Shown in pieces: positions 28,120 through 38,131 of a DNA stretch of 64,000 nucleotides. The notes under the pieces are model-generated. The model did no database searches, was not told the DNA's origin, and worked only from the letters and a program-made list of their open reading frames with translations. Position numbers and translations under genes: made by a program. Source of the DNA: an uncultured delta proteobacterium (GTDB lineage: Bacteria; Desulfobacterota; Binatia; Binatales; Binataceae); assembly GCA_963789835.1 (NCBI GenBank), contig CAWBMF010000003.1, positions 441,068 through 505,067 on the forward strand. Direction: 5' to 3'. Numbering within the stretch: the stretch's first letter is position 1; each line of letters begins with the position of its first letter.

Positions 28120-29454
28120 ATGCACAACCGTGTTTCGGCCCACAAAACGATTTCACGGAAACTCCGCGCGGAGCGACGGGATCGACCGGCCGTCATCGCT
28201 TCTCTGGAGGGAAAGCGCTTTGAACGTTTCATCGAGGAGCTATCGGCGTCGTTCGTGCGCTCGTCCGTCGATGAAATCGGAGGCGAAATAGACCGTTGGA
28301 TCCGAGAGATCGTCCTCGGTCTCAACCTCGATCGAGGCGCGTTGTCTCAGATTGACGCGAAATCGGGCAAGCTGACGGTACGACATTCCTGGGGGCGGCA
28401 CCGCCTGGTCAAACTTCCCATCGGCCTCGAGCTTGCGCGACCGGCGCCGTGGTTTGATGGAATGCTGATGAAGGGTCGTACCGTTGCGTTTTCCAGCGTG
28501 AAAGAACTCCCTCCGGAATTCGTGGCAAATGATTGGATTACGTTCCGACGCTACGTTCCCAAGTCGAATGTCTCGGTGCCGATTAGAATCGGCGGGAAAC
28601 TCGTCGGATCACTTGGGTTTGCTTCGTTGAAAAAGGAACGTACCTGGTCGCCGCGCCTGATCCGGCGTTTGGAACTGGTTGGAGAGATTTTCGGTAATGC
28701 ACTGGAGCGAAGGCTTGCGGCAGAGGAAAATGCGCTACTCCGTGATGAGTTGAATCACCTTTCACGGACAGCAGTCCTGGGCGAGTTGACCGCAGCCCTG
28801 ACTCATCAGCTCAATCAGCCGATCGGCGCGATCTTGATGAACGCAGAAGAGATCCAAAGGATGCTCGAGTCTGCGACGCCCGATCTCGAGGACGTGCGGG
28901 CAGCGGTAGGCGATATCATTCTGGATGATCTGCGCGCAACCGAGACTATCAAGGGGCTGCGTAACTTCTTTCGCAAAAGCGAGGTCGAGAAAATACCGCT
29001 CCACCTTGGAGACGTAGTCGCCGAAGTAGTGCGCATGGTTCGCACCGACGCGCTGTTGCGAAACGTATCGTTGTCTTTTGAGGCTCCCGCTGAGCGGATG
29101 CGAGTGGTTGGCGATCGCACCCAACTCCAACAGGTAATTCTCAATCTGGTTCTTAATGCCTTCGACGCCGTTTCGGAAAAAGAAGACCACCTACGCGAAG
29201 TCTTCATCAGCATGAGCGCGGATAAAGACGAGGCCAGAATAGCTGTTCGTGATTCAGGTAATGGCATCGATCCCGTAGCGCTAGCGCACATCTTCGAGCC
29301 ATTTTTTTCTACCAAGCCCAACGGAATGGGCATGGGGTTGGCGATCGCTCGTTCGATCGTAAAGGCGCACGGCGGGCAGATTTTTGCCCGGCGGAACCCC
29401 GATCGCGGCTCCACGTTCGAAATTATGTTGCCAGCCTTGCAGGAAAAGATCTGA
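28120..29454 (+). CDS. sensor histidine kinase with N-terminal GAF/PAS-like domain
   Basis: H-box LTAALTHQLNQPIGAI. HATPase_c GNGIDPVALAHIFEPFFSTKPNGMGMGLAIARSIV. Confidence 0.7.
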   Translation: MHNRVSAHKTISRKLRAERRDRPAVIASLEGKRFERFIEELSASFVRSSVDEIGGEIDRWIREIVLGLNLDRGALSQIDAKSGKLTVRHSWGRHRLVKLPIGLELARPAPWFDGMLMKGRTVAFSSVKELPPEFVANDWITFRRYVPKSNVSVPIRIGGKLVGSLGFASLKKERTWSPRLIRRLELVGEIFGNALERRLAAEENALLRDELNHLSRTAVLGELTAALTHQLNQPIGAILMNAEEIQRMLESATPDLEDVRAAVGDIILDDLRATETIKGLRNFFRKSEVEKIPLHLGDVVAEVVRMVRTDALLRNVSLSFEAPAERMRVVGDRTQLQQVILNLVLNAFDAVSEKEDHLREVFISMSADKDEARIAVRDSGNGIDPVALAHIFEPFFSTKPNGMGMGLAIARSIVKAHGGQIFARRNPDRGSTFEIMLPALQEKI

Positions 29455-30140
29455 TGAACGAGAGTGCGAACGCAAGGACGATCAGCGACAAGGAAATCGT
29501 CGCCATTATCGACGACGACGAATCGATTCGAAGGGCGCTGCTTCGAACGCTGGTTGCGACTGGAATGGAGGTCCTGGCTTTTTCGTCAGCCCAGGATTTT
29601 CTGGCAGCAGCCGAAATTGAACGTGTGTCGTGCGTGGTTTCAGACCTGAAAATGCCCGGCATCGACGGGCTGCACCTCCAGAGTGCTTTGGCCGAACGCA
29701 TGCCCCATCTTGCTATCGTGTTTGTCACAGGACACGGCGATGTGCCTTCAACGGTGCAGGCTATGAAATCGGGTGCGGTCGACTTTCTTGAAAAACCCGT
29801 CAGACGAGCGGATCTGCTGGAGGCGATAGCGCGAGCCACGCAGCGAACTCACCGCGCGGAAGCGGAAGCAGTGGACTTGAATTCTCTAAAGCGGCGGTAT
29901 GCGAAGCTCACTCCTCGCGAGTGTCAAGTCTTCGCGCTCGTCGCAGCTGGCCTACTAAACAAGCAGATAGCCGCTGAGCTGGGGAACTCAGAAAAAACCA
30001 CGAAGCAACATCGCGGCGCCGTAATGCACAAGATGCAGGCAGAGTCGCTGGCCGATCTGGTACTTATGGCTGAGCACCTCGGTATAAGACCGTCGCATGC
30101 AGACTTTTCAAGCGCCAAAGGATTGGTTCGAAGCAATTGA
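29454..30140 (+). CDS. FixJ/NarL-family response regulator (REC + LuxR-type HTH)
   Basis: REC domain IVAIIDDDESIRRAL...VSDLKMPGIDGL. LuxR HTH LTPRECQVFALVAAGLLNKQIAAELGNSEKTTKQHRGAVMHKM. ATGA overlap with the kinase stop. Confidence 0.75.
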   Translation: MNESANARTISDKEIVAIIDDDESIRRALLRTLVATGMEVLAFSSAQDFLAAAEIERVSCVVSDLKMPGIDGLHLQSALAERMPHLAIVFVTGHGDVPSTVQAMKSGAVDFLEKPVRRADLLEAIARATQRTHRAEAEAVDLNSLKRRYAKLTPRECQVFALVAAGLLNKQIAAELGNSEKTTKQHRGAVMHKMQAESLADLVLMAEHLGIRPSHADFSSAKGLVRSN

Positions 30141-30325
30141 AGCGAATCTGTTTCGCTCACGCGCTATAGGACCTTAGAGCCTGAATTCCTTCATATATGT
30201 TTCCGCGTTGCGTCCATCGGACCAAAGTCCGATAGCGACTCGCTTGCTGTATTTGGCAGTTAGAAGACTTGAGCAGTTTGGCGGTCAGGTTCTATTTGTG
30301 ACCGCGGCTCGATAGGAGTCAGCAG

Positions 30326-31171
30326 TTGGAAGACAATCCGAAAGACAAACGATCGAAACGACCCTTATCGGCTCCTGTCACGAAGCAACCCAAGAAGCTG
30401 AAACGCGAAGAGTTCGAGGGGCATCTTGCGAAACTGGAGGCCGAGCTTGTGAAACTGCAACTCTGGGTCCAGCACAAAAAACTGAAGATCGTGGTGGTTT
30501 TCGAGGGTCGCGACGCTGCTGGCAAGGGCGGAGTCATCAAACGAATTACCGAAAGAGTCAGCCCCAGAATATTCCGACTGGTTGCACTGCCGGCACCTAC
30601 CGAACGTGAAAAGTCCCAGATGTACGTTCAGCGATATATTCCACACCTGCCGGCCGGGGGAGAGATAGTCATCTTCGATCGCAGTTGGTACAACCGCGCG
30701 GGCGTAGAGAGAGTTATGGGATTTTGCAGCGAAGATGAAGCAACTCGCTTTCTGGAAATGTGTCCTAACTGGGAACGTGCGATGATAGAGAACGGGATCA
30801 TCCTCATAAAGTATTGGTTCGAGGTGAGTCAAAAGGAACAGACAAAACGTTTCCTTGGTCGTATCAACGACGGCCGGAAAGTATGGAAGCTCAGTCCTAT
30901 GGACCTGGAATCTCATCGCCGATGGTACGATTATTCACGAGCAAGGGACGCCATGCTACTTGCCACGGATACTCCATTCGCGCCGTGGTACATAGTCAAC
31001 GCCGATGACAAGAGGCGCGCGCGGATTAACTGCATATCGCACCTTCTCAGTCTGATCCCGTATGAGACTGTCAAGCAGGCGCCGGTAAAGCTGCCCAAGA
31101 GACAAAAGCCGCACGGCTATGCAGAGCCCAAGAATCGTCGATACAACATTGTACCGGAAGCGCTGAAATAG
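30326..31171 (+). CDS. ppk2: polyphosphate kinase 2 (PPK2) family protein
   Basis: Walker A-like FEGRDAAGKGG, then RYIPHLPAGGEIVIFDRSWYNRAGVERVMGF and ILIKYWFEVSQKEQ. Confidence 0.8.
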   Translation: MEDNPKDKRSKRPLSAPVTKQPKKLKREEFEGHLAKLEAELVKLQLWVQHKKLKIVVVFEGRDAAGKGGVIKRITERVSPRIFRLVALPAPTEREKSQMYVQRYIPHLPAGGEIVIFDRSWYNRAGVERVMGFCSEDEATRFLEMCPNWERAMIENGIILIKYWFEVSQKEQTKRFLGRINDGRKVWKLSPMDLESHRRWYDYSRARDAMLLATDTPFAPWYIVNADDKRRARINCISHLLSLIPYETVKQAPVKLPKRQKPHGYAEPKNRRYNIVPEALK

Positions 31172-31196
31172 GGCATTCATCGCAAAGGAGAAAAAC

Positions 31197-31802
31197 ATGA
31201 AAGAGCGCAGAATGTTGTGGGTGTTGGGTTTGCTGATGCTCAGATTTGCGCTAAGTCCAGCGATGTCTCCAGCGCAAGCGCAGGCAACAGCCCCCGGTTC
31301 TGCTGGTGATGCTGAAAGCTTACGCGCCGCTACTGTCTTAACGATTCATGGAACAGTAACCGCCGTCGATAAAGCCGAGAAGTTGGTCACTATCCAGGTA
31401 CCTGGCGGAAAACAATTCACACTGAAAGTTGATAACCCTTACAATCTCGACGCCGCTCAGGTGGGCACGGGAGTCGTGGTCCGCTACTATGAGGCGGTTA
31501 GTGTCCGGAAGAAGAAACCTGGCGAGTCGCTACCAGCTCTATCGGTGAATGGCGGCGTTGTGACTGCAAAAGCGGGTGGAGTCCCTGGCGCCGTGGCCGA
31601 GGAGCATCTGAAAGCTGTTGTTTCAGTTGTACAGGTAGACAAAGCAACCGGAACGGTGACGATAAAAGGGGCAGATGGATCGGTCGAAACCGTGAAGGCG
31701 AATAATCCGAAAGTACTGTCCCAGCTGAAAGCTGGCGACGATCTGGTCATTACTGCCTCTCGCGCGACCGCGATTTCGTTAGACAAGGAATCTGCGAAGT
31801 AA
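31197..31802 (+). CDS. hypothetical periplasmic protein with two tandem ~65-aa beta-rich repeats
   Basis: Signal peptide. Repeats TIHGTVTAVDKAEKLVTIQVPGGKQFTLKVDNP... and VVSVVQVDKATGTVTIKGADGSVETVKANNP... Confidence 0.4.
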   Translation: MKERRMLWVLGLLMLRFALSPAMSPAQAQATAPGSAGDAESLRAATVLTIHGTVTAVDKAEKLVTIQVPGGKQFTLKVDNPYNLDAAQVGTGVVVRYYEAVSVRKKKPGESLPALSVNGGVVTAKAGGVPGAVAEEHLKAVVSVVQVDKATGTVTIKGADGSVETVKANNPKVLSQLKAGDDLVITASRATAISLDKESAK

Positions 31803-31863
31803 GCCTGCTGAGGGCCTTCGATCTGATCAAAAAAGGTGAGAAGGCATTGAGCGCGTTGCGCGT

Positions 31864-32436
31864 TCAGGGTTTTGGCGTGATTCTCGTAACCTTTGAGCCC
31901 TCGATGCCGATTCCACCCATCAGGCCCGACTGGCCGAAGACGAAAGCATAGACGTCCGACCGCAGGTTAGTGGTAGTGAGCGATCGCGCCATCCCTTGGT
32001 CGACCACCACGAGACTGGGCCCGGTACCTATCGCCCAGCCTCCACTCTTATCGAGGTACTCCACTGATGAATCGGTCATGAAGAACAATGCGTATGCAAA
32101 CTTCTTTACGCCGCCCTGAAAACCATAAGAGGCGGCGCTGGTGCGATAGTAGGCCACTGTGTGTGAACCTCTACGAAGAGCGCCGTAACCATATTGGGCG
32201 CCTACTATAAAGGCCCCTTTTCGTATGTCGGGAAAGACGAGTACTGCCTTTGCTTTCGCGGCGAGCGCTCTTGCCGCTTCGTTTTGAGAATATAGTTCGT
32301 TCAGTGCAGCTGTTACTTTTCCGTCGATTTCAGACGCACTCGGAGCGCTCAGCGGGCCCTGCGCAAACGCCCCGCTACCAAATGGCACGCCAACTAGAAC
32401 TTGAATCAAGATAGCGGTTGCCAATCGTTTCATTAT
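31864..32436 (-). CDS. SYLF (Ysc84-like, DUF500) domain lipid-binding protein
   Basis: Signal peptide, then KAKAVLVFPDIRKGAFIVGAQYGYGAL...YYRTSAASYGFQGG...FVFGQSGLMGGIGIEGSKVTRI. Typical SYLF glycine pattern. Confidence 0.55.
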   Translation of the reverse strand: MMKRLATAILIQVLVGVPFGSGAFAQGPLSAPSASEIDGKVTAALNELYSQNEAARALAAKAKAVLVFPDIRKGAFIVGAQYGYGALRRGSHTVAYYRTSAASYGFQGGVKKFAYALFFMTDSSVEYLDKSGGWAIGTGPSLVVVDQGMARSLTTTNLRSDVYAFVFGQSGLMGGIGIEGSKVTRITPKP

Positions 32437-33589
32437 CATCTGGCCCTCCAAGCTCGCAGGTCGAAGCACGATTCAGGTGAATTGTGACTTACTCGTATAC
32501 AACCTGGAAATCAGACCTTGGTCCGATAGAAACCGACTACGCCACTCGGCAAATATCGTGCGGGCACTCATACAGAGAGCAGCCTTATCTTCTCTCGAGC
32601 GGGAGCCGACAAGACGGAAGGACAATTGATCCCATGAAAAAGTCGATGATGATCAGCTCTTTAGTCGCTCGGAAGCGGCAGCGTATCTCAAGAATAAGAC
32701 TACTACGTCGACGCGAAGGCCGTTCTTTACCATTGATACTCGCGGTCGCAATAATCGCGTTTACGACGCCGACGGGCTACTCGTTCGGCGCAGATCAACC
32801 TGGCGCTGCATCGACTGAACCCGGACCGGCTCCGGGGGCTGCTACCCAGAAAGAACTGGAGGAGCTGGTCTCGCCGATAGCACTGTATCCGGACTTATTG
32901 GTTGCCCGAATCCTGGCGGCCTCGACCTATCCAAATCAAGTCGTCGAGGCGCATGAGTGGCTGCAACAAAACAAGAACCTTTCGCACGAACAGCTAGCGG
33001 CGCAAGTGAATGCGCAATCCTGGGATCCCAGCATCAAATCGTTGGCACAGTTTTCTCCGGTGCTACAAACGATGAGCGACAGCTTGGCATGGACTTCGGC
33101 GCTCGGGGAAGCATACTTCAACCAGCCTGACGATGTTATGGAGGCGATTCAGGCATTGCGCAGTCGAGCGATCGAAGCTGGAACCCTCAAGACTACGGCA
33201 CAACAAAAGGTCGAAGTTCAACCCGCAGCCCCACCTGCATCATCGGCAGGCGAGGCGACAGCCCGTCGCACAGCAGCAAACAGTAGTCATTCAGCCAGCC
33301 CAACAAAACGTCGTGTATGCGCCCCAATACGACCCCGCGACAGCCTACGGAGCTCCCGTGCAAGAACCCGCCGGATATACCGGGACCGAGATGTTGACGA
33401 CTGGGTTGTTGTCCTTCGGAGCCGGGATGGCGCTGGGGGCACTTATCAACGAAGACGACGATGATTGGGACTGCGATTGGTCTGATGGTGGCGGCTCGGT
33501 TCATTACAACAACAATGTTTACGTTTCCAATTCGCCGATCCCACCAGCAGGGGGCAACTATCCAGCAAGACCTCCGGCTGCAAACCGTC

Positions 33590-33775
33590 CGGGAGGAGTC
33601 GGCGGGCCAGGCGGTGCGGGCGGCCCTGGCGGAATCGGCGGGCCCGGGGCGGTCGGTAGACCCGGTGGAGTTGGCGGGCCTGGCGGTGTGGGCGGCGCTG
33701 GGGGAGTTGGCGGCCCTGGCGGTGTCGGGGGCCCAGGGGGAATCGGCAGGCCTGGAGGAGTTGGCGGAAGTCCTC
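33590..33775 (+). repeat. imperfect tandem repeats (period ~15-18 nt) encoding GGVGGPGG units
   Basis: ggagtcggcgggccaggcggtgcgggcggccctggcggaatcggcgggcccggggcggtcggtagacccggtggagttggcgggcctggcggtgtgggcggcgctggggga... Confidence 0.6.
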
Positions 33776-34164
33776 GACCTAACCCCGTCCGCGGAACGAG
33801 TTCCCCCAGCAGGATTTCAGGACCATCTACTCGGCCATATAATCCATCAAAGGCCAGGCCGTACGCTGGCGTAAATCCGAACGTAACTAAGCCGACCTTC
33901 CCAGCGGCCAGCACTCTTCCTAACAATCCGGGACTCGGGAACTCGAACGGAAATCTTGCGCAAAACCAGCCCATGCGAAATGGGAATGCGTCAGCGCAGT
34001 CAGCTAATAGGATGGCATCTAACCGACCCGCAACAGCGAATCGCGCCAACAATCAGATGCGAGGGTTTGGCAACGGTTCTGATTCGAAGGGCGGACGCAA
34101 CGGCGCATTCGGTGGCTATCAGCCCGGTGGAAGAGCTCAAGCCTCGAGCAATCGTGGAAGGGCC

Positions 34165-34282
34165 AGCCTCGGCGGAGGCGGGTCCGGCGGGCGCGGTGGA
34201 GGTGGTGGCCGGGGCGGCGGCGGTGGCCGAGGTGGTCGAGGTGGCGGTGGTGGCCGCGGCGGAGGCGGTGGACGACGACGCT
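34165..34282 (+). repeat. GGY/CGN repeat tract encoding (G5R)n tail
   Basis: ggcggaggcgggtccggcgggcgcggtggaggtggtggccggggcggcggcggtggccgaggtggtcgaggtggcggtggtggccgcggcggaggcggtgg. Confidence 0.6.
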
Positions 34283-34361
34283 AGTCGGCGATCCGGGCCG
34301 CTCCCGAGGCTCCTTCGCAATCGGAACGTGTTAGAGGAACCCGAATCAACAGAGATTAACG

Positions 34362-35318
34362 ATGCTCAAGATCATGAGTTCTACTATGGCCAACAGAGAT
34401 AGACATATCGGCATGATCGCGGCGCTCGCCTGTAGCGTTATGATCGCATCAACTGCAATAGCTGCGACCCCGTCAGGACAGCAGGCATACCCATCAGCGG
34501 CGGCAGCAGGAAAGGCTCTGGTAGCGGCAGCACGTGCTGACGATATGGCGGCTCTTTCGTCGATCCTGGGCGGAGACGCAAAAGAGATTCTCTCCTCCGG
34601 AGATCCGGTTGCCGATAACAACGCGCGTGACAATTTTGTTGCCAAATACAATGAAATGAACCGCTTGGGCTATGATGAGAAGGGACGAGTGATCTTGTAT
34701 CTGGGAGCCGACAACTGGCCCTTCCCGATTCCGCTGATAAAGAGGGCCGACGGATGGGTGTACGATACGGCGGCTGGCAAAAGAGAGCTACTCTACCGTC
34801 GGATCGGTCGCAACGAACTCTTTACGATCGACGTCCTGGCAGACCTTGCTGAGGCGCAACAGGAATATGCAAGCGAGATTGCGGATAAGGGCGGCCTCAA
34901 GGAATTTGCTCAAAAGATCCAGAGCGACCCTGGCAAACACGATGGCCTATATTGGCCTGTCAATTCTGGGGAAGAGGAGAGCCCAATCGGACCTCTAATT
35001 GCCGATGCTACAGCCGAGGGCTATAAGACTGGAACCGGCACGCCTATTCCTTTTCACGGCTACTACTACAAAGTCCTCACCCGGCAGGGAAAAAATGCTC
35101 CCGGTGGAGCGATAGACTATCTCGAACAGGGGAAAATGACGCGGGGGTTCGCCTTCCTCGCCTATCCGGCCAAATACGGTGCTTCAGGCGTTATGACGTT
35201 TATGATAAATCAGGACGGCGTTATCGTTCAGAAGGACCTTGGTGCAGATACGGCAAAGGCGGCTGGCGAAATAACCGAATACAATCCCGACGCGACTTGG
35301 GAGGAAGACGACGATTAA
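34362..35318 (+). CDS. DUF2950-family secreted protein
   Basis: Signal peptide. YYYKVLTRQGKNAPGGAIDYLEQGKMTRGFAFLAYPAKYGASGVMTFMIN matches the DUF2950 pattern. This family is usually encoded next to DUF3300. Confidence 0.6.
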   Translation: MLKIMSSTMANRDRHIGMIAALACSVMIASTAIAATPSGQQAYPSAAAAGKALVAAARADDMAALSSILGGDAKEILSSGDPVADNNARDNFVAKYNEMNRLGYDEKGRVILYLGADNWPFPIPLIKRADGWVYDTAAGKRELLYRRIGRNELFTIDVLADLAEAQQEYASEIADKGGLKEFAQKIQSDPGKHDGLYWPVNSGEEESPIGPLIADATAEGYKTGTGTPIPFHGYYYKVLTRQGKNAPGGAIDYLEQGKMTRGFAFLAYPAKYGASGVMTFMINQDGVIVQKDLGADTAKAAGEITEYNPDATWEEDDD

Positions 35319-35396
35319 CCTGTTCAGCCAAGGCGACAGAATACGCCCACGCCAATCGACCGAAGCAATTCATCGTAGCATAGGTGGAGCGGCTAG

Positions 35397-37076
35397 TTGA
35401 TAAGAAGTACGTCGCTGAGAAGCACCGACCTCCTCGCAGGCGTGGCTGTCGCGGCGGTCGCAATTCCGACCGGGCTTGCCTACGCTGAATTGGCCGGATT
35501 TCCCCCGGTCGTAGGACTCTACGCTAGCATTCTTCCTCTGATCGCGTATGCAATCGTCGGCTCGTCGCCACAGCTCATTGTAGGTCCTGATGCGGCGACT
35601 TGCGCGTTGGTTGCCGCCTCGCTCGAACCCTTGGCTGGTGGAAATCCACAACATTACTTGGACCTCTCGATCACTCTTTCCATTCTGGTCGGAGCTTTTT
35701 GCATTGTCGGCGGGCTGTTACGCCTGGGCGTGATTGCGAATTTTCTCTCGCGCCCAGTCCTAATCGGCTTTCTCAATGGTATAGCGTTGACCATAGTTAG
35801 CGGCCAGCTCGGAAAGTTGTGCGGATTTGCAGTGCGCACTGACGCGGGTCTCTTCCTGCGAACTGCAGATTTCATCCGGAAGCTCCCACAGACCCACTTC
35901 CCGACTTTGATCGTGGGAATCGTCACGCTCTTACTTATCTACGTGATGGGGAGACTCGTTCCCCGTCTGCCCAGCGCGCTGGTAGGCATCTGCGGTGGAA
36001 TTGCAATGATGACGCTGCTGGACTCGGAGAAATGGGCAGTGCCAACGTTGGGCGCGGTTCCAGCGGGATTCTTGAAGCCTCACTTGCCGGCGCACTTTCT
36101 TTCTGATGCCGTCCATCTTTCACCGGACGCAGCCGGCATCGCTCTGATTTGCTTCTGCAGTTCTATGGTAACGGCAAAGAGCTTTGCAATACGGAATAAG
36201 TACGAAGTCGCTGCAGATCAAGAATTCCTGGCGCTGGGTCTGGCAAATGTCGTGGCAGGTCTTTCGAGCGGCTTCGCGATTGCGGGTGCGGATTCGCGCA
36301 CGGCTATCAACGATACTACCGGCGGCCGGTCGCAGGTGAGCGGACTAACAGCTGCCCTTGTCATGACATTGGTCCTTACAGCTTGTACGGGCCCGCTCTC
36401 ATATATTCCGACTGCTTCGCTAGGTGCTGTTCTAGTCCTGGCGGGTGCGTCGCTTTTCGACTTTCAGACTGTGTGGAAGATGCGTGATATTAGTCGATCG
36501 GAATTTGGGCTTTCCCTTATCGCGACCTTTGGTGTCGCAACAATCGGAGTGCTGCCGGGAATTGCGCTGAGCGTGATCGTCAGCCTCGTTCTTCTCCTAA
36601 GGCGCGCCTCGAGTCCGTACGACGCGATCCTTGGACAGGTTCCCGGCGTGGATGGATTTACGGACATAAGCGAATACCCGAATGCACAAACCATCTCAGG
36701 GCTCTTGGTCTACCGCTTTGACGCGGCGATCTTGTTCTTCAATGCTGATTACTTCAGAAAGCGCGTTCGCGATGTAGTAGCTTTGTCCGATCACTCCTTA
36801 CGACTTTTTGTATTCGACATGGAGGCGATAAACGTTCTCGATATGGCCGGATTAGACGCCATAGAGGAGATTCGATCAGACCTGGCCGCAAGAGGAATCG
36901 CTTTCGCAGTGGCGCGCGCGAAGAACGAGATTCGGGACAAGCTGATCCGCTCAGGTCTGTGGGAGCGAATTGGCGCCACGAACTTCCATCCGTCGGTCAG
37001 GAGTGCGGTACAATCCGGATTGAATCCAGCCACTAGAAGTAGCGAGGGTCGCCAACCGCGGGCAGATTTTATCTGA
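35397..37076 (+). CDS. SulP-family inorganic anion (sulfate/bicarbonate) transporter with C-terminal STAS domain
   Basis: AYAELAGFPPVVGLYASILPLIAYAIVGSSPQLIVGPDAAT (SulP signature). ~10 TM helices. STAS-like C-terminus. Confidence 0.75.
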   Translation: MIRSTSLRSTDLLAGVAVAAVAIPTGLAYAELAGFPPVVGLYASILPLIAYAIVGSSPQLIVGPDAATCALVAASLEPLAGGNPQHYLDLSITLSILVGAFCIVGGLLRLGVIANFLSRPVLIGFLNGIALTIVSGQLGKLCGFAVRTDAGLFLRTADFIRKLPQTHFPTLIVGIVTLLLIYVMGRLVPRLPSALVGICGGIAMMTLLDSEKWAVPTLGAVPAGFLKPHLPAHFLSDAVHLSPDAAGIALICFCSSMVTAKSFAIRNKYEVAADQEFLALGLANVVAGLSSGFAIAGADSRTAINDTTGGRSQVSGLTAALVMTLVLTACTGPLSYIPTASLGAVLVLAGASLFDFQTVWKMRDISRSEFGLSLIATFGVATIGVLPGIALSVIVSLVLLLRRASSPYDAILGQVPGVDGFTDISEYPNAQTISGLLVYRFDAAILFFNADYFRKRVRDVVALSDHSLRLFVFDMEAINVLDMAGLDAIEEIRSDLAARGIAFAVARAKNEIRDKLIRSGLWERIGATNFHPSVRSAVQSGLNPATRSSEGRQPRADFI

Positions 37077-37560
37077 AAGCAACACCTCTTGATTAGCTCA
37101 ACGGCTGATGCGGTTTGGGTGTGGATTGCAGGAGGTCGGCTCCGACACCGGTGACTTTGAGGACCGAGCCAGTATCGTTCGACGCCAAACTGCCTCTCGG
37201 CGCAGAGGGATTGTCTTCATTGATCAGTTCCATCGCGCTGACAGTTGACGATGACTGGGCGCCTGATACTAACAAGGCCAAGGTCGGCGATGCGTTCACG
37301 CACGGCATCACGTTGTGCGCGGACGGCGTCCCAGGAATGGCTTTCCCTGCACTGCCCGAGGTACACGTGGACGATCGCGTGAGCGCTGCGTTTGCAAACT
37401 GCCGCGATGGGCCAAAGCGTGCACGCCCCAGTTTGGATACCCTGATCCGATGCCTTCGTAAGTACGTCGAGAGCAATCCTAGAAGGTTTAGAATTGTCGA
37501 GAACAGCGGAAAATCGCATCGGATCTGTATCGTCATGCTTCGCGATCCGGTTGAACCTTT

Positions 37561-37764
37561 GTGAGACTCGCGTTTTATGGACGCTTCAGCTCCGACAATC
37601 AAAGGGAAACCTCAATCGCCGACCAACTGCGCATAGTGCAAAGATGGTCGCATCAACACGGACATAAGATCATTTCCGAGTTCTCGGATGAGGCCACGTC
37701 CGGAGCCAATTTGAAGTTGCTGTTGGGGCTTCAAAGGGCACTTGATGCGGCACACCCGAGTTAG
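37561..37764 (+). pseudogene. N-terminal remnant of a serine recombinase (resolvase/integrase)
   Basis: MRLAFYGRFSSDNQRETSIADQLRIVQRWSHQHGHKIISEFSDEATSGAN matches the catalytic N-terminus of serine recombinases (YxRVSTxxQ...SIxxQ). Only 67 codons before a stop. Confidence 0.45.
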
Positions 37765-37817
37765 CATCCAACCAACCACGGGCGGACTGCTCGAGACAGG
37801 TAAGGTGCTCGGTTTGA

Positions 37818-37834
37818 TGGTTGCGGGGCAAGGG
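37818..37834. mobile_element. att-like direct repeat of the tRNA-Met 3' end (remnant integration scar)
   Basis: tggttgcggggcaaggg at 37818-37834 versus tggttgcgggggaagga at 38055-38071 (15-16 of 17 identical). The recombinase remnant lies immediately to the left. Confidence 0.4.
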
Positions 37835-38054
37835 CTCGAGATGCCGATCTCGGGCGAAACGTGAAAATCTGGCTCGCTAGACGGTCGACCTGACCCCTGC
37901 CAGGGAGGCGAGTCTAGCGTCTATGCTTTTTCTCAATTACGCCCAAAACTCAACCTCTCGACCTGCCTTTTTCGCAGACTTGCAAGATTCTTCGCCTTGC
38001 AGTTTAGTGCGAAGCCGCAAGCTCGATCGCAGAACTGCGTGAAGTAGGGACTAT

Positions 38055-38131
38055 TGGTTGCGGGGGAAGGATTTGAACCTTCGACCTCCGGGTTATGAGC
38101 CCGGCGAGCTACCAGACTGCTCCACCCCGCC
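38055..38131 (-). tRNA. tRNA-Met (anticodon CAT), initiator-like (three G-C pairs in anticodon stem)
   Basis: Reverse complement folds as ...GCGGGG-TG-GAGCAGTCTGGTAGCTC-GCCGGGCTCATAACCCGGAG-GTCGAAGGTTCAAATCCTTC-CCCCGCA-ACCA. Very similar to E. coli tRNA-fMet. Confidence 0.8.

Larger units (their letters stand above)
32634..34284 (+). pseudogene. DUF3300-family protein with Gly/Pro-rich C-terminal tail; reading frame shifts (+1) near 33200-33260
   Basis: Frame 0 gives LVSPIALYPDLLVARILAASTYPNQVVEAHEWL (DUF3300 signature) and ends in implausible sequence. Frame +1 from ~33200 gives the expected continuation QPVAQQQTVVIQPAQQNVVYAPQYDP..., then GGVGGPGG and RGGGGG repeats to 34284. Could be a genuine frameshift or a sequencing error. 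Confidence 0.5.

Noticed and set aside
33558-34320. Minus-strand Pro/Gly-rich ORFs
   Set aside because: Antisense to the GGxGGPGG / RGGGGG repeat tract of the DUF3300 tail. Repeat symmetry creates open shadow frames.
37093-37602. Overlapping ORFs on both strands (37093..37602 minus, 37115..37564 plus) next to the recombinase stub
   Set aside because: Neither has recognisable motifs or a clear signal. One may be a real cargo gene of the decayed element, but I cannot choose a strand from sequence alone.
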